IMG/VR virus record: IMGVR_UViG_3300002920_000061
Location: 8,496 to 72,495 of that record
Length of the DNA: 64,000 bases
Reading direction: 5' to 3' (one strand)
From: a virus
Numbering within the stretch: position 1 is the stretch's first letter; the number at the start of each line of letters is the position of its first letter. The position numbers were made by a program, and so were the translations under genes. This document shows positions 26,158 through 35,699 of the stretch, in pieces. Under the pieces are notes generated by a model. That model made no database searches. It was not told where the DNA came from and was given only the letters and a program-made list of their open reading frames with translations.

Positions 26158-27978
26158 TTATGTCCTTTCCATGTCTTCGTCTAGGTAATCTTGAATCATC
26201 ATTTTTAATATGTCCATAGTGTATGGTTTTGTAGCATAATAGGCCTTAACAGCCGCAGGGTTTGTTTGCATTAAAATCTGCAGATTTTGGATAAAGAAAG
26301 GATCTCTCTTATATTTTAAGAGAGGGTCTGCAAGAGCAACAGGGCTTTTCATAAATTCCGATATTACGGTCGCAACATCTACATATTTATCTACTATGAC
26401 TTGGTAGCGTTCGTTCATTGGAACTTTACCAGCCATTCTTTCGCCTACAGGTTTCTTGTCAACATCAGCCAATACTTGGTCATAATCCATATGTATTGGC
26501 ATATCTTGCTGAAGGCGTAAAGACTCTTGCTCCCTAGACTGGGCATCCAAGCCAGACAGCTCTATAACGCAAAGTTGAGCAAGTTCTGGGTCAATGATGT
26601 TGAAAAGCTTCTCATTCAAAAATGATTGAAACTGTAAAATAAGAGGCCTTAAACCTGTATCGCGAGCAGCAGTAAGTTTGAACTCGTTTGAGCTTTCAGA
26701 TAGCGTCTGCTGATTCGTACCTCGTGAAAGATGACCATAACCCGGAAGCTCATCTGGCGACATACTGAAGGTAGAAAGTATGTTTCGAGCAACAGAGTCA
26801 TACAAGAACTGGAACTCTCCATCCCCTGAGCTTGAAACCATTGGAGTCCAGCCAACCTCATCCTCTTTTCCAATACCAAAAACAGGAACCCTGAAAGCAT
26901 TACCTACATTGTTGATAGAGGCCATGAAATCCTGTTTTAATTGGTTTAGTGTATTTTGGTCAAGCTCTTCTGATTTGATAACTAAGATACCTTTTGCCGC
27001 TCTTCCGTTTTGAAAATAAAGCTTGTTATAGGCATCAATTGATAAATGGGTCGTAATTGAGCTAATACAAGTGTCGATTGGGGTTACGGGATATCCATTG
27101 TGATCAATATCGTTTGAAGGATAGAGATTGTGAACAATAAGCTCATCTGGAGCAAATGCCTGCTTAGGCATACCATCTATAACTTGAACATACGCATACT
27201 CGTCTTTTTCAAAAATCTTAGAGTCAATCCTATTTCCTGTAACTTGTTCTAGAAGTTTGATTCCAGCTTGCCTTAAGCCTGTCGCAGACTCTCCCTTTTT
27301 TACTGTTTTATAAATTGTCCCAGCGTCAACAGGTCTGAATCTGTTAAATTTCTTCGGACGATCTTTAAGATCTCTTGGGTCTCCGTCATCCATATCTTCG
27401 TAAACAATCTCAGTAGCAAATCTTCCCAAAGAAAGACCGTCTATAGTTTGTAGATAGAAGAATTCTGAAAGACTCATCTTTTCATTATCATTTAAGCCTT
27501 CTGTGTGGCCGCAATTAATGAGTATTTTCTTGAATCTCTCAATACGATCTCTAATCTTAACCATCTGTTCGGGTTTGATGTGTCCCTCAAATTCTGATTT
27601 TATAGAGATGTTAATACCGATATCGAATCGGTCTCGCTTGATATGCCCAAACATGGACATAGTGTTTGCTCTAGCTCTTAAAATAGAGGCCACAAGGTGG
27701 TTCTGGACACGTACAAGTTTTAATACAGAATCAGGCAAAAGCCTCTTTTTAAGCTTGTAAACACCAGCAAAATTATCATTAGATACTGGATCTTCTGTAA
27801 ATCCAATTCTTGGAACCGAGTTTTTCTTGGCCGTACCCATTGCCCTTTTGATGGCGTAAGTAAGTGGCCCCTCACCTTCATTTTTCATTAGGTTGTTTGC
27901 TTCAAGAACAGCAGCGTCTATTTCGCCTGCTGCAAATATAATTTGTTGTTTTTGTTTATTTTTTTGTTCTTCTGACAT
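26158..27978 (-). CDS. Portal protein
   Basis: DGLSLGRFATEIV, PVDAGTI, GYPVTPID, YFQNG..KGILV, VPV, MSPDEL, LRPLI portal pattern. Confidence 0.9.
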   Translation of the reverse strand: MSEEQKNKQKQQIIFAAGEIDAAVLEANNLMKNEGEGPLTYAIKRAMGTAKKNSVPRIGFTEDPVSNDNFAGVYKLKKRLLPDSVLKLVRVQNHLVASILRARANTMSMFGHIKRDRFDIGINISIKSEFEGHIKPEQMVKIRDRIERFKKILINCGHTEGLNDNEKMSLSEFFYLQTIDGLSLGRFATEIVYEDMDDGDPRDLKDRPKKFNRFRPVDAGTIYKTVKKGESATGLRQAGIKLLEQVTGNRIDSKIFEKDEYAYVQVIDGMPKQAFAPDELIVHNLYPSNDIDHNGYPVTPIDTCISSITTHLSIDAYNKLYFQNGRAAKGILVIKSEELDQNTLNQLKQDFMASINNVGNAFRVPVFGIGKEDEVGWTPMVSSSGDGEFQFLYDSVARNILSTFSMSPDELPGYGHLSRGTNQQTLSESSNEFKLTAARDTGLRPLILQFQSFLNEKLFNIIDPELAQLCVIELSGLDAQSREQESLRLQQDMPIHMDYDQVLADVDKKPVGERMAGKVPMNERYQVIVDKYVDVATVISEFMKSPVALADPLLKYKRDPFFIQNLQILMQTNPAAVKAYYATKPYTMDILKMMIQDYLDEDMERT

Positions 27979-27981
27979 AGA

Positions 27982-28923
27982 TTACTCGATACTTATAAAG
28001 TAAAGGGTAGCTGTGTCGGTACTATTGTTTGTGATGGTCATGCTCCACATGGTGGATCGCTTTAACAGCATACCGGGAAGTGAGTTATTGCCTTCTATAA
28101 ATGGCTCAATCTTTGATTCAGCCACACCGTTAATATTCACATCAACAGGTTTGTTGGTTTCAGCATAAATCAGTTTTTTTGCTGATGAATATATTACAAC
28201 TGAAGGGTTTACAAGACCTGTTTCGTTAGGTAAAACCGATGCTGAAAAGAATTCAACAAGGTTGTCCTGCACTCCTGTAACTGTGTAGGTGTTTTGTGCA
28301 GTTAGGGAAAAGCCAGAACCAAGACGAATTTTATCGCCCTTTTGTACACCTGAGGCTGAGTATATACGCATATCTTCTGTATAATCTGAGCCTAAAGTCA
28401 CAGGACCTTCTGCCAAAGCAGAAGCGTTTTCTACTGTAATACTATTTGCTGTTTTGGAAATAATCTTAAATCTACCTCTATTGGCTGCGTTAAAACCTAC
28501 ACCCACAGACACCTCATCGCCAACTAATACAGAAGTGGTTGTGATAGGGGTTCCACCAGTGGAAGTCAAAGTCATAAGACTGCCTGAAACCGTAACTGTG
28601 ATCTGTGTGGTGGCGTCGTAACCAATATTTCGTAAAGTCCTAAAAGCGGGGGCAGTACCTGCTGTATGTTTCAATACATAAATACTTCCAGCTTGAAGAG
28701 TAAGAGAATATGTAGTTGTACTATCTGACAAAAGTGCCCTTTGCCCATCAAACATGACTTTAGATTCGCCGGGCGCCAGAGTGAACTCAATACTTTGAGG
28801 CTCTTTAGCAGAAAGGCCTTGAAGCTCCCTTATCCATTTAAAATTATTCATGGATGGGTTATTAGAAGGATTAGAGTCCTTATAGGCGTTTAAATAAACA
28901 AATACGTTCATTTTAGACATCAA
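27982..28923 (-). CDS. Putative virion structural protein
   Basis: AGGAG RBS, late motif at 28965-28974, Thr/Ser/Gly-rich beta composition. Confidence 0.55.
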   Translation of the reverse strand: MMSKMNVFVYLNAYKDSNPSNNPSMNNFKWIRELQGLSAKEPQSIEFTLAPGESKVMFDGQRALLSDSTTTYSLTLQAGSIYVLKHTAGTAPAFRTLRNIGYDATTQITVTVSGSLMTLTSTGGTPITTTSVLVGDEVSVGVGFNAANRGRFKIISKTANSITVENASALAEGPVTLGSDYTEDMRIYSASGVQKGDKIRLGSGFSLTAQNTYTVTGVQDNLVEFFSASVLPNETGLVNPSVVIYSSAKKLIYAETNKPVDVNINGVAESKIEPFIEGNNSLPGMLLKRSTMWSMTITNNSTDTATLYFISIE

Positions 28924-28976
28924 AACCTCTCCTAAAGGAACCTGAAGCTAGGTTTATACTATTTATAAGATTGCCA

Positions 28977-30896
28977 CTAATCAGTGTTCCAAAATATCTT
29001 TCTGTTTTTTATTTTATCATCGATTTGGGATGAAGAAGACTGGGTGGCCCTTTTATAAATTTCCTGCTTCATAAGTTCCGTATTGGCGTTTTGGGCTATC
29101 TGGGCTAGGCTATTAGTATTTTGGATTGTTTTTTGCTGGATGGTCTTAGGCTCTATATTTTGGCCTGAAAGTGGTTTTGAAGTGCTTGTAGCAAATACAT
29201 TCTGACCAATATACCTTAGCGCGTCCATTATATCTGCGTATTCTTCATCATCTGGGGTGGTTGTTGGATTCCCTGCCATATCTAATTGAAAGTGATGGAC
29301 CTTGAACCCCTGTACAATTTTTTCGTTTTCAGGGGTGGCCAAGACCAAAAGCCTCCTAGATCCTGTAGAAGTTACAATCTGACTTCTGATTGCCTCAATA
29401 CCGCCTAGAACATCCTTTTTAAAGTCAGGCACCACTACATGGGCAGCTATCTGTTTTAGACGCTTTTTAAGCGTTTTTATGTTTGCTGGGGCCGCGTTAT
29501 CGCAAAACCAACGACCTATGTAGTATTTTTCTTGGTAAGATGCGCAAACCTCAACAAAATCATGAATCTCAAGACCCGGGCTGCCATAAACATCTATAAT
29601 AAAAGAATACCCTGAGGCAGTGACTGCCATAACCACTATAGTGCTTTCATGGGTATATCCCCAGTCGACACCAGCATAGAATTTTGCTCCAATATCGTGT
29701 AGCATACTTACGAATTGTGTAAGATTTGCATCTTCTTTTTGTTCGCCAGTTACGATTTCCCAAGCCTTGGGGATAGACACTATGTTCCCATTTTGTTGTG
29801 TAGCTTCAAATCTTGGATAAATTAAACCCTTAGTTGAAGGCCTCCAACACATAAGCTGGGCCTCTGCCATATCTGGTGGGATCTTTTTGAAGCTATTAAT
29901 AACTGATTTAATAGGCTTGTAAAGAGTTGATTTAGTAGACTTTGCCGTTAATGGCTTGTCTGCAAGTCTGCCCTTACAAACAGCAACCAGAGAACACTCT
30001 ACGCAACCCGGGTGTACTTTGACCTTTTCCCATTCTGTTTTTTGGGCTTCTGGAAGTGCCTCATAATCACTTTCAAAAGAAGATCTCAAAGGAAGCTTCC
30101 TATGCACGTAAAGTTCTACCTTGCTTCCATCTTCATTTGGTTTATGTCTTTCTGGTGGGCATCTTTCTGTTACATCTATTATATTCCATTTCTTTATTAT
30201 TTCTCCAGTAGTACTTGCAAGATCGATCTCCCTCTGCATCATACCGAAAGCAAACTTTCGTGTGGAAAGCTTAACTGTGATGGGAAAAGTTCCTCTTTCC
30301 ATGCCGGGAATCATTTTGGCTTCGTCATAGGCCTGAGGGTCACGAACAACATCCACCTCATCAAGGAACATTATAGGTACGTGCTCTGAGTTTGCACCCT
30401 GTAACGTACAGATGATGACTGTTATATATGGGGAATTGCCTTGTGGTGTTTGGAATTGAATTTTTGTCTTTGAATCGCCAACTTTTACCCAACCATGATG
30501 GTCATAATAAGGCTTTAGCTTTACAAGAAAAGACTGAATATAGCTAATAGCTTTACTACTTTGCGATGCAATGGCAGCCATATGAGCAATAGATAGCTGA
30601 AAGTGTGTAAGTATTAAAACCTCAAGTATAGAGCTAGATAATGTCTTGTATGCCTCTCGAGCTGAGAGCATAATATAGCCCGGGATGTCCTCCCCTTTGT
30701 TTAGCTTCACAGCTTCATATATGCTCCACATTGCATCTATTGGATTACTATTAGAGTCAGGATCTACCGTGTCAGAAGGTAAGCGTATGCCTAAATAGGC
30801 ATAAACCCATTCTTCCAAATCCTTAGGGCTTTCTAATACCTGAAGGAAGAGCGCTTTTTTTAGCTCTTCAGCTTCCAACTCAGTCTTAATCTCCAT
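28977..30896 (-). CDS. terL: Terminase large subunit
   Basis: SAREAYKT (variant Walker A), IMFLDEVD Walker B, STRK motif III, AGVDWG nuclease motif, DIMDALRY. Confidence 0.9.
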   Translation of the reverse strand: MEIKTELEAEELKKALFLQVLESPKDLEEWVYAYLGIRLPSDTVDPDSNSNPIDAMWSIYEAVKLNKGEDIPGYIMLSAREAYKTLSSSILEVLILTHFQLSIAHMAAIASQSSKAISYIQSFLVKLKPYYDHHGWVKVGDSKTKIQFQTPQGNSPYITVIICTLQGANSEHVPIMFLDEVDVVRDPQAYDEAKMIPGMERGTFPITVKLSTRKFAFGMMQREIDLASTTGEIIKKWNIIDVTERCPPERHKPNEDGSKVELYVHRKLPLRSSFESDYEALPEAQKTEWEKVKVHPGCVECSLVAVCKGRLADKPLTAKSTKSTLYKPIKSVINSFKKIPPDMAEAQLMCWRPSTKGLIYPRFEATQQNGNIVSIPKAWEIVTGEQKEDANLTQFVSMLHDIGAKFYAGVDWGYTHESTIVVMAVTASGYSFIIDVYGSPGLEIHDFVEVCASYQEKYYIGRWFCDNAAPANIKTLKKRLKQIAAHVVVPDFKKDVLGGIEAIRSQIVTSTGSRRLLVLATPENEKIVQGFKVHHFQLDMAGNPTTTPDDEEYADIMDALRYIGQNVFATSTSKPLSGQNIEPKTIQQKTIQNTNSLAQIAQNANTELMKQEIYKRATQSSSSQIDDKIKNRKIFWNTD

Positions 30897-32665
30897 TAGA
30901 TTCTCTCGTTTGCCTCGTTTTGGAAAGCGGTGGGATTTTCAATAATCCTTCTCATTTCTGCATCAGCAGCAGCTTCTTGTCTTTCAAATATCTCATCCCT
31001 AGGGTAAGCAATAAGCCCACCTAATGTACCCATTACTGTTGCTATCGAAGTTGCATTCTTAAGAGACTCTTCAACAGCAGGTAGGGAGTCAAAAATTCCA
31101 AGTTCCTCAGCAGTGCCAAATCTCTGGTTTTCAACATCGTATACAAGATTCTCATTAGCTAAAAGCTTCTCGATAATCTCCTGAGATTCTTCATCATTTA
31201 CGCCTGCGTTATTAAGCAAACGTGTGATTGGAACCATAAGAGAAGGTGCTAGTACACTTTTAACGTGTGAAGGAACATCCTGTGTAGATATTATATAATT
31301 GAAAAGGTTGAGTAAAATTCTGCATCCCCCCGGAAGGGCACCCTTGCTGATAGCGGCTCGCACAGCACACACCGCATCTTCGCATCGGTCGTGAGCTTCT
31401 TTTAGTTCTCCATTAGAACCACCATATATAGTAAGCTTTGCAATACCTGATGTTAATTTACCCAAACGCTCCTCTAACCATATACCCTCTTCCTTGCTTT
31501 CTGCAACTTTCTTTTGTTGAGCAAGCTGCTCAGCTCTTACTTCAATGTTTACTGGATCAGGATCCCCAACTACTGTAGATCTAAAGCGATAAGCTTCAAA
31601 AGAATTCATGCCATAACCTAGGTCTTGAAGAGTTGCTTTTGCCAAACTGTCCTTTAGACCAAAAACTTTTGCGCCAGTAAAAGCTGCAAGGTCATGTAGA
31701 AAATGGGTCTGGGCATTCATGAATGGCGCCTTAGGCGTAACCATAGGGACTACATTTATAGTTATAGGATCTGCAAAGTTGTATGCAAGGGCATTCAGTA
31801 CTGATTCGCTATACCCATGGGCAAAAATTACAAGATTCTTATATTCAGCATCACCATCGTTGTATTTTTGCCCTACCTGATCTGTAATATTTTGTAGGGA
31901 AATAAGATCTCCAATCTGTCCGTCGTATAGAAGGAATTTTGGATTTTCTAATATACAACGCTGGTTTCCCGGGTCGTTAATAAAAACAGGATGAAACTTA
32001 CCTATTGACTCTTCATATCCTATTGGGATAGGAAAACCTTCTATCAAACCTACCTCATAACCATATGGGCCACTAACCTCCTTGATAGTGACATGGGCAT
32101 TTTCTCCATAACCAAGCTCTTCAAAAGCTTTCATAACTGCATCGGCCATATCATCGTCTCCGTTTGCAGAGACGCGTGCGACAAGTCTTAATAAATCGAT
32201 GTTTTCGGTAGAAATAGGTATAGCGTATTTACGTATTAAAGGAACAAGCTTCTTTCTAACTACAGCAGACACATCTCGTGCGACCTTTTGGGGACTAAAC
32301 TTGGGGTTTTTATTACAAAATTCGTAAAGATAAGTCACAAGTGCAGCAGATAAGATAGTCGCTGTTGTTGTACCATCACCAGCTTCTGTTGCGGTTCTTT
32401 TAGCAGAATCCCGGGCTTGCTCTATGATTAGGTGTTCGTATGGGTTTGCAGCCCCAAGTGCTTGGAAAACCGTAACTCCGTCCTTAGTATTTTTGTTTGG
32501 AATACCGGGAATATCGCTCTCAATTAATATGTTACGACCACCCGGTCCGTAGGTTGCCCCTACAATCTCGCTGATTCGGCCCATCGTTTTTAACACAATA
32601 TCTTGAAGATGTTTTTGATCTGAAATGAACATTTTAGCCGATGTTTTTGCTTTTCTAATAGACAC
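30896..32665 (-). CDS. groEL: GroEL-like chaperonin
   Basis: TYGPGGRN, TKDGVTV, AGDGTTTAT, DRCEDA, LPGG; stop overlaps the terL start (TAATG). Confidence 0.92.
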   Translation of the reverse strand: MSIRKAKTSAKMFISDQKHLQDIVLKTMGRISEIVGATYGPGGRNILIESDIPGIPNKNTKDGVTVFQALGAANPYEHLIIEQARDSAKRTATEAGDGTTTATILSAALVTYLYEFCNKNPKFSPQKVARDVSAVVRKKLVPLIRKYAIPISTENIDLLRLVARVSANGDDDMADAVMKAFEELGYGENAHVTIKEVSGPYGYEVGLIEGFPIPIGYEESIGKFHPVFINDPGNQRCILENPKFLLYDGQIGDLISLQNITDQVGQKYNDGDAEYKNLVIFAHGYSESVLNALAYNFADPITINVVPMVTPKAPFMNAQTHFLHDLAAFTGAKVFGLKDSLAKATLQDLGYGMNSFEAYRFRSTVVGDPDPVNIEVRAEQLAQQKKVAESKEEGIWLEERLGKLTSGIAKLTIYGGSNGELKEAHDRCEDAVCAVRAAISKGALPGGCRILLNLFNYIISTQDVPSHVKSVLAPSLMVPITRLLNNAGVNDEESQEIIEKLLANENLVYDVENQRFGTAEELGIFDSLPAVEESLKNATSIATVMGTLGGLIAYPRDEIFERQEAAADAEMRRIIENPTAFQNEANERI

Positions 32666-32691
32666 TTAGGCACCTCCATGACTTTATAAAA

Positions 32692-32703
32692 TATGATATC
32701 ATA
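32692..32703. promoter_or_regulatory. Palindromic bidirectional extended -10 element TATGATATCATA
   Basis: Reads TG-A-TATCAT on both strands in the 58-bp gap between divergent groEL and helicase genes. Confidence 0.55.
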
Positions 32704-32723
32704 GTTTTTGGGAGCAAGATAAA

Positions 32724-34340
32724 ATGATAAAAGCTACAATCATTTCTGGATCAAAAGCTATTCTTGACTTTTCCTCATCTACAGAGGAAGAGTTTAAAAA
32801 ACTTGAGGCTTATACTAAATACAGGAACAATTCTATTGCGTTTCAGTATAAACGTCATATGAAAAATAAGCGATGGCTCTCCTATGACCCAGAGGGTTGG
32901 AAAGCTCATGGTGATATGCTTCAATCTAAGATCGAGCGATCAGTGATGTTTGAGGACGATGATGGCCAATTATGCATAAGACCGGGCTTTCTTCCATATT
33001 TACAGGAAAAGTTTGATGTAGAAGTTGTAAACAACATAGTTTACCCAGTACCTAGACCATATCCATGGTATAGAAAGATGGATATGTCTCCATATCCTTA
33101 CCAATCAGACTCTATAAATGAGCTGCTAAATATTAAGCATGGTAATGTAGAGCTTTGTACTGGAGCTGGAAAGTCTCTTATTATATTGATGATTGCCCAG
33201 AAACTGGGTCTTAAGACTGTTGTTATGGTTCCTTCTGCTTCTATCTTTTCTGAGATGGTTGATAGGTTTCAGCATTATCTAGGAAATTCCTCTGTGGGTA
33301 TGATTGGGGATGGTAAGAAGAAATTTGGTAAAAAATTTATGATTTGTATCTCAGATTCTTTAACTAACCTCAAACAGGGGACAAAAGAGTATGAGGAGAT
33401 AGCAAAAGCCGATGTGCTTCTTGCTGACGAATCTCATACAATCCCCGCAGAAACTCTTGAGAGTGTTTGTCATGGAATCCTTAAGGATATCCCTTATAGG
33501 TTTTTCTTATCTGGAACACAGACACGAGGTGATGGAACAGAGAAATTGCTTCAGGCCATTATTGGCAAGACGGTTTACAGATTAAGCACTGAGGATGCTA
33601 TCAAAGGTGGATATATTTGCGATCATTCATTTAAGATAGTACCTGTTGACACTCCTGCCCCATCTTTTTATAGTCAGGACGTGCTAGAGATAAAGCGGGT
33701 TCATTTTTTAAATAACCCAAACATTGCAGCTTTTGCTGCAAAGCTTGCAAACTCAGTGGCCATAGCTAGGAACGAATCAACACTCATTTTAATTGATGAG
33801 CTTTCCCAAATACTTTTACTTACCCCTCATCTTAAGGTGCCATATGCCTTGGCTACAAGCGCAGACGATAAGATTAATATTATTTCAGTCGTTATGGGCA
33901 TAGACAAAGCTAAGATAAAAAAGGCCATGAAGAATAACCCATATATAGTAGACCATCTTATAAACTCCATGACAGAAGAACAGAGAAAAGTTTATGAAGA
34001 GATTAAGAATAGCAACCCTATAGAGGCAGTAGAGAAATTCAATAATGGATCTGTTAAGGTATTAATTGGAACTTCATGTATTTCTACTGGTACAAACATT
34101 TATCCTACACATCACACTGTGAATTGGCAGGGCGGAACTAGCGAAATAAAGACAAAACAAGGTGCTGTGGGTAGGAGTGTAAGAAAATTAGAAGTAAGTA
34201 AGTACGCAGACAAACATCCCCCAAAGAAAAAAGCAATAATTTATGATTTTTATGTTAATGGTGCTGAGGTTATGATTAGGCATCTAAAAGCCAGAATTGA
34301 GTTTTATAAGTCCTCTGGGACGGTGATAGAATATCTATAA
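32724..34340 (+). CDS. SF2 DNA helicase (UvsW-like)
   Basis: CTGAGKS, LADESH, LSGT, STGTNI, QGAVGRSVR. Confidence 0.9.
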   Translation: MIKATIISGSKAILDFSSSTEEEFKKLEAYTKYRNNSIAFQYKRHMKNKRWLSYDPEGWKAHGDMLQSKIERSVMFEDDDGQLCIRPGFLPYLQEKFDVEVVNNIVYPVPRPYPWYRKMDMSPYPYQSDSINELLNIKHGNVELCTGAGKSLIILMIAQKLGLKTVVMVPSASIFSEMVDRFQHYLGNSSVGMIGDGKKKFGKKFMICISDSLTNLKQGTKEYEEIAKADVLLADESHTIPAETLESVCHGILKDIPYRFFLSGTQTRGDGTEKLLQAIIGKTVYRLSTEDAIKGGYICDHSFKIVPVDTPAPSFYSQDVLEIKRVHFLNNPNIAAFAAKLANSVAIARNESTLILIDELSQILLLTPHLKVPYALATSADDKINIISVVMGIDKAKIKKAMKNNPYIVDHLINSMTEEQRKVYEEIKNSNPIEAVEKFNNGSVKVLIGTSCISTGTNIYPTHHTVNWQGGTSEIKTKQGAVGRSVRKLEVSKYADKHPPKKKAIIYDFYVNGAEVMIRHLKARIEFYKSSGTVIEYL

Positions 34341-34347
34341 TTGGAAT

Positions 34348-35400
34348 ATGAAAAAGAAAACAACGAATAATCAGGAATTTGATAACAGTTTAAGGCGGTT
34401 TGCAGAGGAAGTCACCTCTGTCCTTAATTTTAATAAGGACGGAACTGACCAGAAAGCTCAGGTAGAGCGTTTGATGAATCTTGAAGAGAGGTTCCGCAAG
34501 AGTATTATTGTGTTTGCTCAGGCTCGTGAGGTTTATAAGCAGTTTATTTTGCTAGTGGCTGTCACTAATAGGCAGATATTAAGCGCACGCCCTTATTTTA
34601 GAGAGAAAGCAAAGGTATTTAGCAGCCGAATCACTCCAGCCATAAGAAATGGCGATATCAAAGAGCTTCAAAGCTTCCATATAAACTACAACCTAATTAA
34701 GTTTATTAGAGACAATTGGAAAGGTCCGTTCCCAGCGCGCTCAGAAAAACTATACCACCAAGTTGTTGAAGCTAGGCGAAAACTCATAGAAAATAATATT
34801 CCATTAGCGATTAATCGGGCTAAACTTTTCTATAGAAAGGTGCCCAGAAGTCATCTTACTTTAATGGACTTAATCGGCATTGCATCAATGGGCCTTGTCT
34901 CTGGTGTTGATAAGTGGGTTGGAGAGTATACTAGAGTATTTAATGGTGTATGTATAGGCCGAATGACAGGAAATATGATTGATAGCTACTCAGAAACCAT
35001 GATACATTTTTACCCTTCCGATAGTGCAATTCTTTACCGTGCAAATTCTCTACGATTTAAATACGACATACAAGACCTTAACCAGCTTGCTGAGGCAATA
35101 AACAAAAGCTTTATCGAAGACGAGAAGAACGGCATGAAAGTGCCAAAACACAAGATAACCGTCGACCAACTATCACATTTACTTAACGCAGCAAGTCCTG
35201 TGGCCCTTGATTCATCTCCTAACGACGAAGATGATGGAGATACTTACTATACGCTACTTGATAATACACCAAATGAGATAGTGGAATCTCCTGAGGAAGC
35301 ATTAGTGAAGCAAGACCTTGTATCTAAGCTTGTTGGAGCTGCACGAAAGCTTCCTATCATTCAAAGAAAAGTTTTAAGACTAAAGGGGGTTAAAGTATGA
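34348..35400 (+). CDS. Sigma-70 family factor lacking region 4.2
   Basis: RRKLIENNIPLAINRAK..LMDLIGIASMGLVSGVDKW (regions 2.1-2.2), VALDSSPNDEDDG (3.2), LPIIQRKVLRLKG (4.1), then stop. Confidence 0.85.
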   Translation: MKKKTTNNQEFDNSLRRFAEEVTSVLNFNKDGTDQKAQVERLMNLEERFRKSIIVFAQAREVYKQFILLVAVTNRQILSARPYFREKAKVFSSRITPAIRNGDIKELQSFHINYNLIKFIRDNWKGPFPARSEKLYHQVVEARRKLIENNIPLAINRAKLFYRKVPRSHLTLMDLIGIASMGLVSGVDKWVGEYTRVFNGVCIGRMTGNMIDSYSETMIHFYPSDSAILYRANSLRFKYDIQDLNQLAEAINKSFIEDEKNGMKVPKHKITVDQLSHLLNAASPVALDSSPNDEDDGDTYYTLLDNTPNEIVESPEEALVKQDLVSKLVGAARKLPIIQRKVLRLKGVKV

Positions 35401-35699
35401 TTGCTTTAAACGGTCTTTTCATTCTAGAGCCATACGCCCAAGGGCAGGGTATTAGGCCAGAGATTAGAAACGGATTGGCCCTTCCGGGTCAGAAGCTAAA
35501 TCTGGTTCCATTGAAGCTTTTGGTAGACTCTAAAGTTGATGGGCAGGTTTTCCCTGCTGGGTCTATTGCATATATTCCAGAAGACCTCTTAATGACCTCA
35601 CAATGGGCTAAGATGGTTCGAAAAGCAGAAGGTATTGATGGTCAATTTATTATGGTAGAAAGCCGTCATGTTTCTGTGGTAAAGATAAAAGGCGAATAG
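35397..35699 (+). CDS. GroES-like co-chaperonin
   Basis: ALNGLFILEP..NGLALPG..AGSIAYI..DGQFIMVES..VSVV matches the GroES strand pattern; 100 aa. Confidence 0.65.
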   Translation: MIALNGLFILEPYAQGQGIRPEIRNGLALPGQKLNLVPLKLLVDSKVDGQVFPAGSIAYIPEDLLMTSQWAKMVRKAEGIDGQFIMVESRHVSVVKIKGE

